Shown: positions 36,802-47,357, numbered from the stretch's first letter. The stretch is 64,000 nucleotides of DNA from Thermoanaerobaculia bacterium (GCA_963666565.1 OY762911.1:1696001-1760000); one strand, 5' to 3'. Notes: generated by a model not told the origin, from the letters alone. Numbers and translations: made by a program.

Positions 36802-38628
36802 ATGACGCTGCCCTTCCCGCCTCGCTCCCGGCCTTTCCCGCTCGCGCTGGCCGCCGCGGTCGCGCTCCTCCTCCTTGCCGCCTGCGCCGGAGAACCGCGC
36901 CCGACGGCGGCCGAGTTCACGACGGCGGCGGAGGAGACGATTGTCGAGCACTACTACGACGGCAGCCGCGCCGCGTGGGTGCAGGCGACCTACATCAACG
37001 AGGACACGACCGCCCTGGCGGCCCGTTTCGGCGCGGAAGCGCTGACCCGCGCGATCGACTTCGCGCAGGAGGCGGCGACCTACGACGCGGCGTCGGAGCC
37101 GGACGAGGTGGCCCGCAAGCTCGGCCTCCTGCGCGGCGGCCTGACCGTGGCCGCGCCGGCGGACGAGGCGAAGATCCAGGAACTGAGCCGGATCGCGACC
37201 CGGATGGAGGCGGCCTACGGTTCCGGCAAGCACTGCCCGGACGGCCCCGACGCGGACACATGCCGCTCCCTGGGCGACCTGGAGGACGTGATCGACAACA
37301 GCCGCGACGCCGCCGAGCTGCTCGACGCCTGGGAGGGCTGGCGCACCATCTCGCCGCCGATGCGCGCCGACTACCGACGCTTCGTCGAGCTCTCGAACGA
37401 GGGCGCGCGCGGCCTCGGGTTCGCCGACACCGGCTCCATGTGGCGGTCGGGGTACGACATGCCGCCGGACGACTTCGCGGCCGAGGTCGACCGGCTCTGG
37501 GATCAGGTCAAGCCGCTCTACGACGACTTGCAGTGCCATGTCCGGGCCGAACTCTCGGACCGTTACGGAGCGGACGTCGTGGACCCGGCCGGCCCGATCC
37601 CGGCCCACGTCCTGGGAAACATGTGGGCGCAGAGCTGGTCCAACGTCTTCGACCTCGTGGCGCCGCCGGCTGCCGACCCCGGCTACGACCTGACCGAGAT
37701 CCTCCAGAGCCGCGGCACGTCCGAGGTCGAGATGGTCGAGATGGCCGAGGGTTTCTTCACCTCGCTGGGGATGGAATCGCTGCCGGACACCTTCTGGACC
37801 CGCTCCCAGTTCCTCAAGCCGCGCGACCGCGAGGTCGTCTGCCACGCCAGCGCCTGGCACCTCGACCTGGACGAGGACGTGCGGATCAAGATGTGCATCG
37901 ACATCAACGCCGAGGACTTCTCGACCATCCACCACGAACTCGGCCACACCTACTACCAGCTCGGCTACCGGGAACTGCCGCCCCTGTTCCGCGACAGCGC
38001 GAACGACGGGTTCCACGAGGCCCTGGGCGATGTGATCTCCCTGTCAGTGACTCCGGGCTACCTGGTCGACATCGGCCTGCTCGACGCCGAACCGCCAGCC
38101 GACGCCGACCTCTCCCTTCTCATGCGAATGGCGCTCGACAAGGTGGCCTTCCTGCCCTTCGGCCTGCTGATCGACCGCTGGCGCTGGAGCGTGTTCTCGG
38201 GCGAGACGCCGCCCGAGGAGTACAACGCCGCCTGGTGGGCCCTGCGCGAGCGGTACCAGGGTGTCGCCGCGCCGACCGAGCGCACCGAGGAGCACTTCGA
38301 TCCGGGCGCCAAGTACCACGTGCCGGGCAACACGCCGTACACGCGCTACTTCCTGGCCCACATCCTCCAGTTCCAGATCCACCGCGACCTGTGCGCGGCC
38401 ATCGGCTACGAAGGGCCGCTCCACCGCTGCTCGATCTACGGCAACGAGGAGGCGGGGCGGCGCCTGAGCGAGATGATGGCGATGGGCCTGAGCCTGCCGT
38501 GGCCGGACGCGCTGGAGGCGGCCACCGGCAGCCGCGAGATGGACGCGACCGCGATCCTCGACTACTTCGCGCCCCTCGCCGACTGGCTCCGCGAGCGGAA
38601 CGCTGGCCGCACCTGCGGCTGGAGCTGA
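36802..38628 (+). CDS. M2 family peptidyl-dipeptidase A (ACE-like), lipoprotein
   Basis: Lipobox LLLAAC; LGNMWAQSW, CHASAW, HHELGH, GFHEA, FDPGAKYHVP, PYTRYF. Confidence 0.92.
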   Translation: MTLPFPPRSRPFPLALAAAVALLLLAACAGEPRPTAAEFTTAAEETIVEHYYDGSRAAWVQATYINEDTTALAARFGAEALTRAIDFAQEAATYDAASEPDEVARKLGLLRGGLTVAAPADEAKIQELSRIATRMEAAYGSGKHCPDGPDADTCRSLGDLEDVIDNSRDAAELLDAWEGWRTISPPMRADYRRFVELSNEGARGLGFADTGSMWRSGYDMPPDDFAAEVDRLWDQVKPLYDDLQCHVRAELSDRYGADVVDPAGPIPAHVLGNMWAQSWSNVFDLVAPPAADPGYDLTEILQSRGTSEVEMVEMAEGFFTSLGMESLPDTFWTRSQFLKPRDREVVCHASAWHLDLDEDVRIKMCIDINAEDFSTIHHELGHTYYQLGYRELPPLFRDSANDGFHEALGDVISLSVTPGYLVDIGLLDAEPPADADLSLLMRMALDKVAFLPFGLLIDRWRWSVFSGETPPEEYNAAWWALRERYQGVAAPTERTEEHFDPGAKYHVPGNTPYTRYFLAHILQFQIHRDLCAAIGYEGPLHRCSIYGNEEAGRRLSEMMAMGLSLPWPDALEAATGSREMDATAILDYFAPLADWLRERNAGRTCGWS

Positions 38629-38640
38629 CGCTTGATCCCG

Positions 38641-38718
38641 CTGGGTGCGCCGGCGCCCTCGCCGGCTTCCGAGAGAGACGCGCCGACTGTCGGTGCGCGG
38701 GCCTTCTGGCCCGCATCC
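38641..38718 (+). repeat. Two REP-like copies with covariant stems
   Basis: GGTGC-GCCGGCG-CCCT-CGCCGGC and GGTGC-GCGGGCC-TTCT-GGCCCGC. Confidence 0.75.
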
Positions 38719-38777
38719 GGCGCGAAGCGCCGGCCTCCGCGAGTGCTGCCGCAGCGGCGCGGCCAGGGGAGGCGGAG

Positions 38778-39554
38778 GTGCTGATCGCCACCTGGAACGT
38801 CAACGGTCTGGGCGCCCGGTTCGACTTTCTCGTCCACTGGCTGAAGGCGCGCCGGCCGGACGTCGTCGGCCTCCAGGAGCTCAAGGCGACGGCGGAGAAC
38901 GTCCCCTTTCGCGAACTCGAGGCTCTCGGCTACCACGCCGCCGTCTGCGGCCAGAAGGCCTGGAACGGCGTAGCCGTCCTCTCCCGCCAGCCGATCGAGG
39001 AGGTTCAGTCCGGGCTGCCCGGCGAGGAGGAGGCCGGCGCCCGCCTGCTGCGGGTGCGCACCGCGGGCCTCGACTTCACGACCGTCTACTGCCCGAACGG
39101 CAAGGACATCGACCACCTGGACTATCCCCGCAAGCTGGCCTGGTTCGACTCGCTGCGCGGCTACCTTGCGGGTTCGCTCGCGGCGGAAACGCCGGCCGTG
39201 CTCTGCGGCGACTTCAACGTCGCGCCGACGCGCCTCGACACCCACGACGAGGACCGGCTGGCCGGCCGCATCCACCACACGGAGGCCGAGCGCGACCGCT
39301 TCCAGGCCCTGCTCGATATCGGGTTCTTCGACCTGTTCCGGGAACTCCATCCCGACACGGTCAAGTTCTCCTGGTGGGACTACCGCTTCGGCGCTTTCCA
39401 CCGGAACCTCGGCCTGCGGATCGACTTCCTGCTGGCGACCGAGGCGGTCCGTGCCCGCGTCGAGCAGGTCGAGACGGACCGCGACTACCGGAAGAAGAAG
39501 GAAGGCCTGATCGCCTCCGACCACGCGCCGGTGATGGCCCGGCTGAGGACGTAG
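38778..39554 (+). CDS. xth: Exodeoxyribonuclease III
   Basis: IATWNVNG, LQELK, NGVA, YCPNG, CGDFN, FSWWDYR, GLRIDF, SDHAPV; GTG 38778. Confidence 0.92.
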   Translation: MLIATWNVNGLGARFDFLVHWLKARRPDVVGLQELKATAENVPFRELEALGYHAAVCGQKAWNGVAVLSRQPIEEVQSGLPGEEEAGARLLRVRTAGLDFTTVYCPNGKDIDHLDYPRKLAWFDSLRGYLAGSLAAETPAVLCGDFNVAPTRLDTHDEDRLAGRIHHTEAERDRFQALLDIGFFDLFRELHPDTVKFSWWDYRFGAFHRNLGLRIDFLLATEAVRARVEQVETDRDYRKKKEGLIASDHAPVMARLRT

Positions 39555-39567
39555 CCCGGGCGCGGCG

Positions 39568-41175
39568 TCAGGCCGCTTCGACGACCTCTCCGACCGCCTG
39601 CGCGCGCTCGATCCGGCTGCTCTCTTCGGCGGCTACGCTGCGGCCGGCGAGCCAGAAGAAGATCACGCCGAGGACATACGCGCCCAGGCTCGCCAGCATC
39701 GCCAGTTGCAGGGAGCGACCGGAATCGGCGCCGCCGGCCTCCAGCGTGGTGCTCAACCAACCCATGAGGAAGGGCCCCAGGGCGAGACCCACGAAGGTCA
39801 CCATCAGGATGTAGAACGCCGATGCGGTTCCGCGCATCCTGGGCAACACGAGGTCGTTGGCCAGGGCGACGGCCGAACCGATCCATGCCGATCCGATGAC
39901 CGTGTAGACGAAGTTGACCACGTAGGCCGTGGTGACGTCTTCCGTCAGCACGAAGAACGCTCCCAGCGGGATCGAGGCCAGGGCGATGACGAGCCCGCAG
40001 AGCGGGCGGGCCCTCGCCGACTTCCGCTTCATCCAGTCGGAGAACCAGCCGCCTCCGGCGACTCCCATCCAGCCCGCGACGGCGGCCGTGATGCCCAGGA
40101 TCAGGCCGGCTTCGCCCGCGCTCTGATCGTGTACCCGCCGGAAGTAGGTCGGCGCCCAGAAGCCGAGGCCGTAGCCGACGAAGGCCATCCAGCCGAAGCC
40201 GAACATGCCGTAGATCATCGAGCGGGAGCGGTAGACCAGTTCGAACGTGGGCCGGTCCCTCAGCCGCAGCCCCTGGACCCAGGAGAGGAAGGCGTACGCG
40301 CCGATCGCGAGAGCGATCCACTGCACCGGGTTGCCGAAGACCTGGATCAGGCCTAAGGAGGCGACGGCGCAACCGACCGCGATCAGGAGGTTCCGGGCCA
40401 CTGTCCGGGCGCCGCCGGCACGCTGCAGCGAAAGCAGGGTCAACGGCGGCAGGATGGCGGCCGTCTCCTTCCCCAGTTCCTTGAACGGCGCGGGGTGATC
40501 CCTGGTGACGATGCCTTCCTGGAGGCCGCGGATCGGCTCGCGCAGGGTCCATACCCAGATCGCCATCAGCAGCCCGGGCAGGCCGACGGCGAAGAACGCG
40601 ACCTGCCAGCCGACCAGGCCGAACGGCGCGCCGCCGTCGGCGTAGGCGTTGTTCCACCTGTCCACGATCTGACCGCCGATCAGGATGCCGAGGCCCGCGC
40701 CGATGTAGACGCCGCTCGAGTACATCGCGGTCACCGTGGCCCGCAGCCGCGGCGGGTAGTAGTCGCCGAGCATGGAGAACGCTGCCGGCCCGGCGCTCGA
40801 TTCGCCGATCCCGACGCCAATCCGGTAGGCGGCGAGCGAGACGAAGCCGCGAGCGGTGCCGGACAGCGCGGTCATCAGGCTCCAGGCGGCCAGGCCGACC
40901 GAGATCAGGCTCTTTCGGGTCCACATGTCGGCCAGACGGCCGAGCGGGATGCCGAAGATGGCATAGAAGACGGCGAACGCCGTGCCGTAGAGGAAGCCGA
41001 GCTGGGCGTCGCTGACGCCAAGGTCGTTGCGTATGTCCTCCGCGAGGATCGAGAGGATCTGGCGATCGATGAAGTTGAAGACGTAGACCAGGACGAGGAC
41101 GCCCAGGACGTAGTTGGAGTACCGCCGGCTCGGCGCCTGCGGGGCCGGGGTCTGGGAGTCGTCTGGTTTCGTCAT
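39568..41175 (-). CDS. MFS transporter (spinster-like)
   Basis: YVFNFIDRQIL, GIPLGRLAD, RIGVGIGES, GLPG; multiple TM segments. Confidence 0.88.
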   Translation of the reverse strand: MTKPDDSQTPAPQAPSRRYSNYVLGVLVLVYVFNFIDRQILSILAEDIRNDLGVSDAQLGFLYGTAFAVFYAIFGIPLGRLADMWTRKSLISVGLAAWSLMTALSGTARGFVSLAAYRIGVGIGESSAGPAAFSMLGDYYPPRLRATVTAMYSSGVYIGAGLGILIGGQIVDRWNNAYADGGAPFGLVGWQVAFFAVGLPGLLMAIWVWTLREPIRGLQEGIVTRDHPAPFKELGKETAAILPPLTLLSLQRAGGARTVARNLLIAVGCAVASLGLIQVFGNPVQWIALAIGAYAFLSWVQGLRLRDRPTFELVYRSRSMIYGMFGFGWMAFVGYGLGFWAPTYFRRVHDQSAGEAGLILGITAAVAGWMGVAGGGWFSDWMKRKSARARPLCGLVIALASIPLGAFFVLTEDVTTAYVVNFVYTVIGSAWIGSAVALANDLVLPRMRGTASAFYILMVTFVGLALGPFLMGWLSTTLEAGGADSGRSLQLAMLASLGAYVLGVIFFWLAGRSVAAEESSRIERAQAVGEVVEAA

Positions 41176-41188
41176 TCTTCTCCCGTGG

Positions 41189-41716
41189 TCATTCGCCTCC
41201 GTCCGCTCCCGGTTCCGCCATGGCGCCGGGCACGGTGCCCTTGGCGAGTTCCTGGTCGATCATGAGCATACCGACCCCGTCGCCGCCGACGAGTCTCAGC
41301 CTGCCAAGCAACGTGCGGGCGACGTTCTCCTCCTCGACCTGCTCGTTGATGAACCACTGGAGCATGATCGAGGCGGCGCGGTCGTGCAGCTTCTCGGACA
41401 GGTCGTAGAGGTCCTCGATCGCCCGGGTCACCCGCTGCTCGCTCTTGAGGATGTCGGCGACGGCGGCCTCCGGCGACTCCCACTCGGTCGGCTGGGCCGG
41501 AATCTCCGGGATCCGCACCAGCAGGTCGCGGTCGGCGAGGTGATCGATGATGCGGTGGGCGTGGCCGAGTTCGTCGGCGGACTGTCCGCGCAGCCAGGCG
41601 CCGAAGCCCGGCAGGTCGATGCGCTCGAGCCAGAGCGCCATGGACAGGTAGCGGTGAGCGGCCTCGAACTCGAGTCGGAGGTGTGCGTTCAGACGGTCGT
41701 GGAGGGTCTGGTCCAT
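41189..41716 (-). CDS. ftnA: Non-haem ferritin
   Basis: LEFEAAHRYLSMA, QSADELGHA, EQRVT, LQWFINEQVEEE. Confidence 0.85.
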   Translation of the reverse strand: MDQTLHDRLNAHLRLEFEAAHRYLSMALWLERIDLPGFGAWLRGQSADELGHAHRIIDHLADRDLLVRIPEIPAQPTEWESPEAAVADILKSEQRVTRAIEDLYDLSEKLHDRAASIMLQWFINEQVEEENVARTLLGRLRLVGGDGVGMLMIDQELAKGTVPGAMAEPGADGGE

Positions 41717-41801
41717 CGTGTCCTCGGTGTTGGGCGGTTTGAAGTGGACGCCCTCAGCATAGCGCCGCCCGATGGAGAACCGGCGCCCGGGCATCGGTGC
41801 G

Positions 41802-41953
41802 GCCGGGTGTCGGTGCGCGGGTCTTCCGACCCGCATCCGCCGGGTGTCGGTGCGCGGGTCTTCCGACCCGCATCCGCCGGGCGTCGGTGCGCGGGTCTTC
41901 CGACCCGCATCCGCCGGGTGTCGGTGCGCGGGTCTTCCGACCCGCATCCGCCG
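41802..41953 (+). repeat. Four tandem 37-bp units each carrying the REP-like hairpin
   Basis: GCCGGGTGTCGGTGCGCGGGTCTTCCGACCCGCATCC at 41802, 41839, 41876 and 41913; one mismatch overall; no spacers. Confidence 0.95.
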
Positions 41954-41972
41954 CAGGCGGCCAAGGGAGCGC

Positions 41973-42953
41973 CTACGGCAACAGCTCTTCGACCCCGGCG
42001 CGCTCCTCGAACAGCTCGTCGAGCGTGGCCCGCATCCGGCCGCTGCTGAACTCGTCGACGTCGAGGCCCTGGACGATCTCGTAGTCGCCGCCGCTCACGG
42101 TCACCGGGAACGAGTAGACGACGCCCTCCCGCGTGCCGTAGCTGCCGTCGGCGGGGATCGCCATGCTGACCCAGTCGCCGTCCGCCGTGCCCTGGACCCA
42201 GGTGCGGACGTGGTCGATGGCGGCGGCGGCCGCGGATGCCGCCGACGAGGCGCCGCGCGCCTTGATGATCGCCGCGCCGCGCTGCTGGACCGTCGGGATG
42301 AACTCCTCGCGGGTCCAGGCCTCGTCGACGAGCTCCGGCGCCGGCCGTCCGTCGACGAGGGCGTGGTTGAGATCCGGGTACTGGGTCGCCGAGTGGTTGC
42401 CCCAGATCGTCATCCGGCGCACCCGGGTCGTGTGAGCGCCGGTCTTCCCGGCGAGCTGGCTGATCGCCCGGTTGTGGTCGAGCCGGGTCATCGCCGTGAA
42501 CTGCCGCCGGTCGAGGCCCGGCGCGTTGCTGGCGGCGATCAGCGCGTTCGTGTTCGCCGGGTTGCCGACCACGACCACCCGCACGTCGCGGCTCGCGTGG
42601 GCGTCGAGCGCCTTGCCCTGGACGGAGAAGATCGCCGCGTTCGCCTGCAGCAGGTCCTTGCGCTCCATGCCCGGTCCGCGGGGCCGCGCGCCGACCAGCA
42701 TCGCGATGTCGGCCCCGTCGAACGCCTCGTCGGCGTCGGAACTCGTGACGATGTCGTGGAGCAGCGGATAGGCCGAATCCCGGAGTTCCATCACCACCCC
42801 CGCCAGCGCGTCCATCGCCGGCGGGATCTCCAGAAGCTGCAGGCTCACTGGCTGGTCCGCCCCCAGCATCTCGCCGGCGGCGATGCGGAAGATGAGCGAA
42901 TAGCCGATCTGGCCGGCTGCGCCGGTGACGGCGACTCGAACGGGTGTCTGCAT
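41973..42953 (-). CDS. mdh: Malate dehydrogenase
   Basis: [60 protein letters not shown]. Confidence 0.95.
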   Translation of the reverse strand: MQTPVRVAVTGAAGQIGYSLIFRIAAGEMLGADQPVSLQLLEIPPAMDALAGVVMELRDSAYPLLHDIVTSSDADEAFDGADIAMLVGARPRGPGMERKDLLQANAAIFSVQGKALDAHASRDVRVVVVGNPANTNALIAASNAPGLDRRQFTAMTRLDHNRAISQLAGKTGAHTTRVRRMTIWGNHSATQYPDLNHALVDGRPAPELVDEAWTREEFIPTVQQRGAAIIKARGASSAASAAAAAIDHVRTWVQGTADGDWVSMAIPADGSYGTREGVVYSFPVTVSGGDYEIVQGLDVDEFSSGRMRATLDELFEERAGVEELLP

Positions 42954-43073
42954 GGCCTGGTTTCCTCCTCGATCCGGCGCGGGATCGTAGCACCGGCGCC
43001 GAGGCGCGTGGCCGGAACGGGCGGTCGGGAAGCGGCGCCTCCGTCGGCTGCACGCGCCAATAGACTCCCGCCC

Positions 43074-44099
43074 ATGGCGGAGCGGGTTCTGGTCACCGGC
43101 GGCGCCGGCTTCATCGGCAGCCACACGTGCGTCGAGCTGCTGGCGGCGGGCTGGGACGTCACGGTCATCGACGACCTGTCCAACAGTTCGCGGGAGGCGT
43201 TGCGGCGCGTCGAGGAGCTGACCGGGCGGCGCCTTCGATTCGTGGAGGGGGACGTGCTGGACGAAGCCGCGCTCGATCGCGCGTTCGGCGAGGGCGGCTG
43301 CTCGGCGGTTGTCCACTTCGCCGCGAAGAAGGCGGTCGGCGAGTCCTGCGCGGACCCGCTCGGCTACTACCGGACGAACGTGGGTGGCACGGTCAGCCTG
43401 CTGGAGGCGATGCGCCGCCATGACGTGCGCCGGCTCGTGTTCTCCTCGTCGGCGACGGTCTACGGCGATCCCGCGCCTGGCGCCTGCCCGCTGGCGGAGA
43501 GCGCGCCGCTTCGGCCGGCCAGCCCATACGGCCGCACCAAGCTCTTCGTCGAACGGATGCTGCGCGACCTCGCGGCGTCGGAGGGCGGCTGGCGGATCTT
43601 GTCGCTGCGCTACTTCAATCCCGCCGGCGCCCACCCGAGCGGCCGGCTCGGCGAGGATCCGCGGGGCGTTCCGGAGAACCTGCTGCCGAGTGCGGTGCAG
43701 GCCGCGGCGGGGAAGTTGCCGCACCTCCGCGTGTTCGGAACGGACTACCCGACGCGCGACGGCACGGCGATCCGCGACTACCTCCACGTCGTGGACGTCG
43801 CCGCCGGGCACCTGCGGGCCCTGGACCGGTTGCCGGCGGTCGAGGGTTGCGCCGAGTACAACCTCGGCGCCGGCCGCGGGGTCACGGTGTTCGAGCTGAT
43901 CGAGGCCGTCAAGCGAGCCAGCGGCTGCGAGATTGCCACCGTCCTCGAAGGACGGCGGCCGGGAGACGCCGCGGAGGGCTGGGCGGACCCGGCGCTCGCC
44001 GGCCGCGACCTGAACTGGAGAGCGGAGCGCGGCCTGGACGACATCTGCGCCGACGCCTGGCGCTGGCAGAGCGCGAACCCCGAGGGCTACGGGGGTTGA
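43074..44099 (+). CDS. galE: UDP-glucose 4-epimerase
   Basis: [48 protein letters not shown]. Confidence 0.93.
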   Translation: MAERVLVTGGAGFIGSHTCVELLAAGWDVTVIDDLSNSSREALRRVEELTGRRLRFVEGDVLDEAALDRAFGEGGCSAVVHFAAKKAVGESCADPLGYYRTNVGGTVSLLEAMRRHDVRRLVFSSSATVYGDPAPGACPLAESAPLRPASPYGRTKLFVERMLRDLAASEGGWRILSLRYFNPAGAHPSGRLGEDPRGVPENLLPSAVQAAAGKLPHLRVFGTDYPTRDGTAIRDYLHVVDVAAGHLRALDRLPAVEGCAEYNLGAGRGVTVFELIEAVKRASGCEIATVLEGRRPGDAAEGWADPALAGRDLNWRAERGLDDICADAWRWQSANPEGYGG

Positions 44100-44863
44100 G
44101 CGCCGGGGAACGAGCCGGCGTCGGCGAAGCGCCCCAGGCGACGCCGGGTGCGTTCGAGGCGCTCGAGGTGTTCGTCTACTACGACTTCGCCTCGTCGTTG
44201 AGCTACGTCGCCCACCGGGTGCTGGCGCGGATCGACCGGCAACTTGCCGAAGAGCGGATCGAACTGCGCTGGAAGCCGATCGACCTGACCGGAATCGGCA
44301 GCTTCCGGCGCGGGCGCCCGCTCGATCCCGCGCGCCGGCGGAGCCTGCTCGACGTGTCGGCGGCGCTCGGCGTCGAACTCGACCCGCCCGCCCGCTGGCC
44401 GGACGCGCGCCTGGCCGGCGAGGTCGCCCTGACGCTCGACATGGCCATCGACCGGGGACTCGACCCGGCGGTGGAGAAGGAGTGGCGGGAGGAGGCGTTC
44501 AAGGCGTTCCACGAGGCGGGCGCCGCGGACCCCGCGCACGCGGGCGCACGGCCCGCATCGGCGCGGCGCGATGCTCCCGGCCGCCGCGCCGCCGCGGTCG
44601 AGCGGCTCTTCGGCGACTTCGAGCGCCGCGGCCACTTCGGCAAGCGGGGCGTCGCTTCCCTCGACGACCTGGCTGCCGGCCGGCGGCTGGCGGAGGCCAC
44701 GCGCGCCGCCGTCGCGGCGGGCGTCGAAGGAGCGCCGACGCTGATGTTCGACATGTTCCCGCTGTGCGGCATCCACGACGAGGAGACGATGCTGGGGATG
44801 ATCCAGCGCTATGCGCGGCGGCGCCGCCGGCTGGAGGCGGACGCGGTTGCCGGGGTCAACTGA
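44096..44863 (+). CDS. DsbA-like thioredoxin-fold protein (HCCA isomerase / kappa-GST-like)
   Basis: [10 protein letters not shown] (no CxxC), WKPI, GVEGAPT; TTG overlaps the galE stop. Confidence 0.7.
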   Translation: MSAGERAGVGEAPQATPGAFEALEVFVYYDFASSLSYVAHRVLARIDRQLAEERIELRWKPIDLTGIGSFRRGRPLDPARRRSLLDVSAALGVELDPPARWPDARLAGEVALTLDMAIDRGLDPAVEKEWREEAFKAFHEAGAADPAHAGARPASARRDAPGRRAAAVERLFGDFERRGHFGKRGVASLDDLAAGRRLAEATRAAVAAGVEGAPTLMFDMFPLCGIHDEETMLGMIQRYARRRRRLEADAVAGVN

Positions 44864-44905
44864 GAGGTCGGCGTCGCCGTTCGCCCCCTGGAGTCGCGGA
44901 GCCGC

Positions 44906-44997
44906 CCCGCGGTCTTCAGGTCCGCGAAACGGCCAGCCGTCCCGCGGTCTTCAGGTCCGCGAAACGGCTGGCCGTCCCGCGCTCTTCAGGGCCGCGA
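44906..44997. repeat. 35-bp tandem repeat (about 2.6 copies) of paired mini-hairpins between convergent genes
   Basis: CCCGCGGTCTTCAGGTCCGCGAAACGGCCAGCCGT at 44906, 44941 and 44976 (partial). Confidence 0.85.
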
Positions 44998-45021
44998 GGC
45001 GAGCCGGTTGGCCCAGGTACG

Positions 45022-46850
45022 TCAGGGCGGCGATGCGCCCGGCCGTTCCTCGCAAGCGGCGATTCGCTTCAGTTCGACGCGGTCGAACCAGGCGTCGCCC
45101 AGGTTCGCGCCGTCCCGGGCGGCGCGGATCCTGACCGCTCCCACCGACCCGGGAATGCACTTCGTCACGGCGCGGCACTCCCAAGTCCCGATGGAACTGG
45201 CCACCACGTGGGCGTCGTCGAAGTCCGCGTCCCTTCCCGCGCCGTCGTCGAAGTCCACGAACACGTTGTCGCGGGCGTTCTCCCGGACCATGCACGCCGA
45301 GAGCTGGTAGGTGCCGCCCTCGACCGGGATCCACTCCTCGGTGACCGCCGCGTCGGGCGTTGCGTCGCCTCCGCCGTCGTCGGCGCTGCCGCGAAGCACC
45401 ATGCTCCAGGCGCCGGCGTCGAGGCCCGAAGGCGGCCGGGCGACCGTCGCGTCGCCCCAGGCGGCCGTCCAGCCGGGCGCCGCGGAAGCCCTGTCCCGTC
45501 CGCCGAGGCGCCTCCGAACGTCCCCCAGTAGTCGAGGCCGCCTTCGACCTCCTCGAAGATGTCGTAGCGCTCGCCGCCCGGATCTCCCAGGAGGGCCACC
45601 TTCCTGCCCCACAGGTCGCCGCGCCAGAAGGAGCGGAGATACGCCGTGCCCTCGGCCGGCGCCGCGCGCCCGTCCCCGAGGCGCGTCCGCACCTTCACCG
45701 CGCTGCTGTGCGGCAGCAGCCAGTACTCGAACGTGTCGACGGCGCCGGACGGCGACGGAGGCGCAAGCGCCGCCGACGACTGGGACGACGGATCCTCGGC
45801 CACCGCGACCGAGAACGTCAGCGTCGCCTTGTCGCCGTCCGAGTCCGTCGCCGTGTACGTGTACGTCGTCGCCGTCCTCGCCGCCCTCGGCATCCCCGAC
45901 ACCGTCCGCGTCGAGGCCGTGAAAATCAGGCCGGGGGGCAACGCGGGCGTCAGCGAGTAGGTCAGCGACGCGTCGCTGCCGCCCGCCGCGGGCAGGGTCA
46001 GGTCGGCGATCGTCAGGTTCCTCTGCCACGACTGGTCGGCGACGCCGGGCTGACGACGACCGTCCGCGTATCGTCGTCCGTCACCGTCACGCTCACCGAG
46101 GCCGACACGCTGGCGTAGTCGCCGCCGCTTGCGCTCAGGCCGACCGTCGTGCTCTCGTTCGCCGCGTCCGCGTCCTGAACGCCCGTCACCGTCACCGTCT
46201 GCGCCGTGCCGTAGTTCGTCGTGGTGAAGGTCAGGCTCGCCGGACTCGCCGTCGCGGCCCCGGTGTCCCCGCTCGACACCGACACCGTCACGGCGGCCGT
46301 CGGAAGCGTCGCCAGACTCACCGTGAAGGTGCCGTTGCCGTCCTCGTCGATCCTCTATCGTGATGGTGAATTTCAACGACACCGAGTCCGGTGAGGTCGT
46401 GTCCGAGTCCGTCGCCGTGTAGTTGTACTCCGTCGCGTCCTGCGCCGCGGTCGGCGTGCCCGAAAGCGTCCGCGACGAAGAAGAAGCGTCGAACGACAGA
46501 CCCGCCGGCAACGTCGGCGACAGCGTGTAGGTCAAGTTTCCGTCGCCGCCGGTGGCCGCCGGCAGAACCTTCGAGGTCATCGCCCGGTTGCGGATCAAGA
46601 CCATGTCCTCGATGTCCTCGCTCCCGAACGACGGCGTCTTGTCCGGGGGCGTGGGCGCCATCACGCAGATCGTGAACGTCAGTATGGCCGCGTCGCTGTC
46701 GCTTCTGTTGTTGTCCGCGTCGATCGCCTTCCAGGTGCACGTCGTCACCTCCAGCAACGCCGTCGGCGTGCCGCTGATGGTCTTGTCCGACCGGTTCACG
46801 CCTGCAGGGGCCGGCAAGGCGACGATCACGCTGACGGCCAGCGGCGGCGA
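45022..46850 (-). pseudogene. Fragmented large surface protein (He_PIG/Ig-like and Calx-beta-like modules, C-terminal beta-sandwich)
   Basis: Thr-rich modules LPAATGGDGNLTYTLSPTLPAGLSF, TAQTVTVTGVQDAD, LTYSLTPALPPGL; reading frame switches near 46352, 46045 and 45500. Confidence 0.7.
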
Positions 46851-47357
46851 CTACAACACCTTGATCGTCCGGCTCGGCGTCTTCGCGCCGAAGGGAGTGC
46901 TCGTGACAGCCTCGATAATCGGCCCGATCGGCTTGTTGACGTCATCCGTGCGCCGCGTCATCTGCCACCGGAACACGTAGCTTCCCTTCGTCTTCGGCGC
47001 CCTGATCGTGAACTGGAAACTGCCATTTGCGTTCGGCGCCACGCCTGAAGCCCCCACGCTGCCGACGCCCCAACCGTGGCCGAGCGCGACCAGTGCGTAG
47101 CTGGTCACCGTCCCTCCGGAGATCGTGTTTCGCCACGTCGTCGTGCCGGTGTTCCGCATCGTCACTGTCACCGACGCCGAACTGCCCGGCTTCATCGTCG
47201 ACGGCACGCCGTCGTACCTCACGAACGCCGCGTTGTCCCCGCCGCGCGCCGCGCCGGCGGTGAATGCGAGGGCACCGAACAAGCCCGCCACGGCCCCGCG
47301 GCGAAGCGCCGTGCGACCGGATCCGACCATTCTCGAAGTCATCGTCGCGTCCTTCAT
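46851..47357 (-). CDS. Secreted NBR1/FW Ig-like domain protein, probably the truncated N-terminus of the fragmented gene
   Basis: Signal-like N-terminus; DNAAFV, VTVTMRNTGTTTW, FTIRAP..GSYVFRWQM; RBS upstream of ATG 47357. Confidence 0.7.
   Translation of the reverse strand: MKDATMTSRMVGSGRTALRRGAVAGLFGALAFTAGAARGGDNAAFVRYDGVPSTMKPGSSASVTVTMRNTGTTTWRNTISGGTVTSYALVALGHGWGVGSVGASGVAPNANGSFQFTIRAPKTKGSYVFRWQMTRRTDDVNKPIGPIIEAVTSTPFGAKTPSRTIKVL

Noticed and set aside
35568-39554. 1328-aa ORF and similar long ORFs (25259-28219, 26866-29127, 32202-34601, 41772-44099, 41973-43811, 47396-51442) as giant fusion proteins
   Set aside because: Only the 3' parts carry recognisable motifs; the 5' extensions are stop-free shadow frames of neighbouring genes in GC-rich DNA.
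41802-41953. 37-bp palindromic repeats as a CRISPR array
   Set aside because: Units are contiguous with no unique spacers, and the same hairpin is dispersed through the window.
44096-44863. Disulfide oxidoreductase DsbA
   Set aside because: The active-site position reads ASSLS rather than CxxC.
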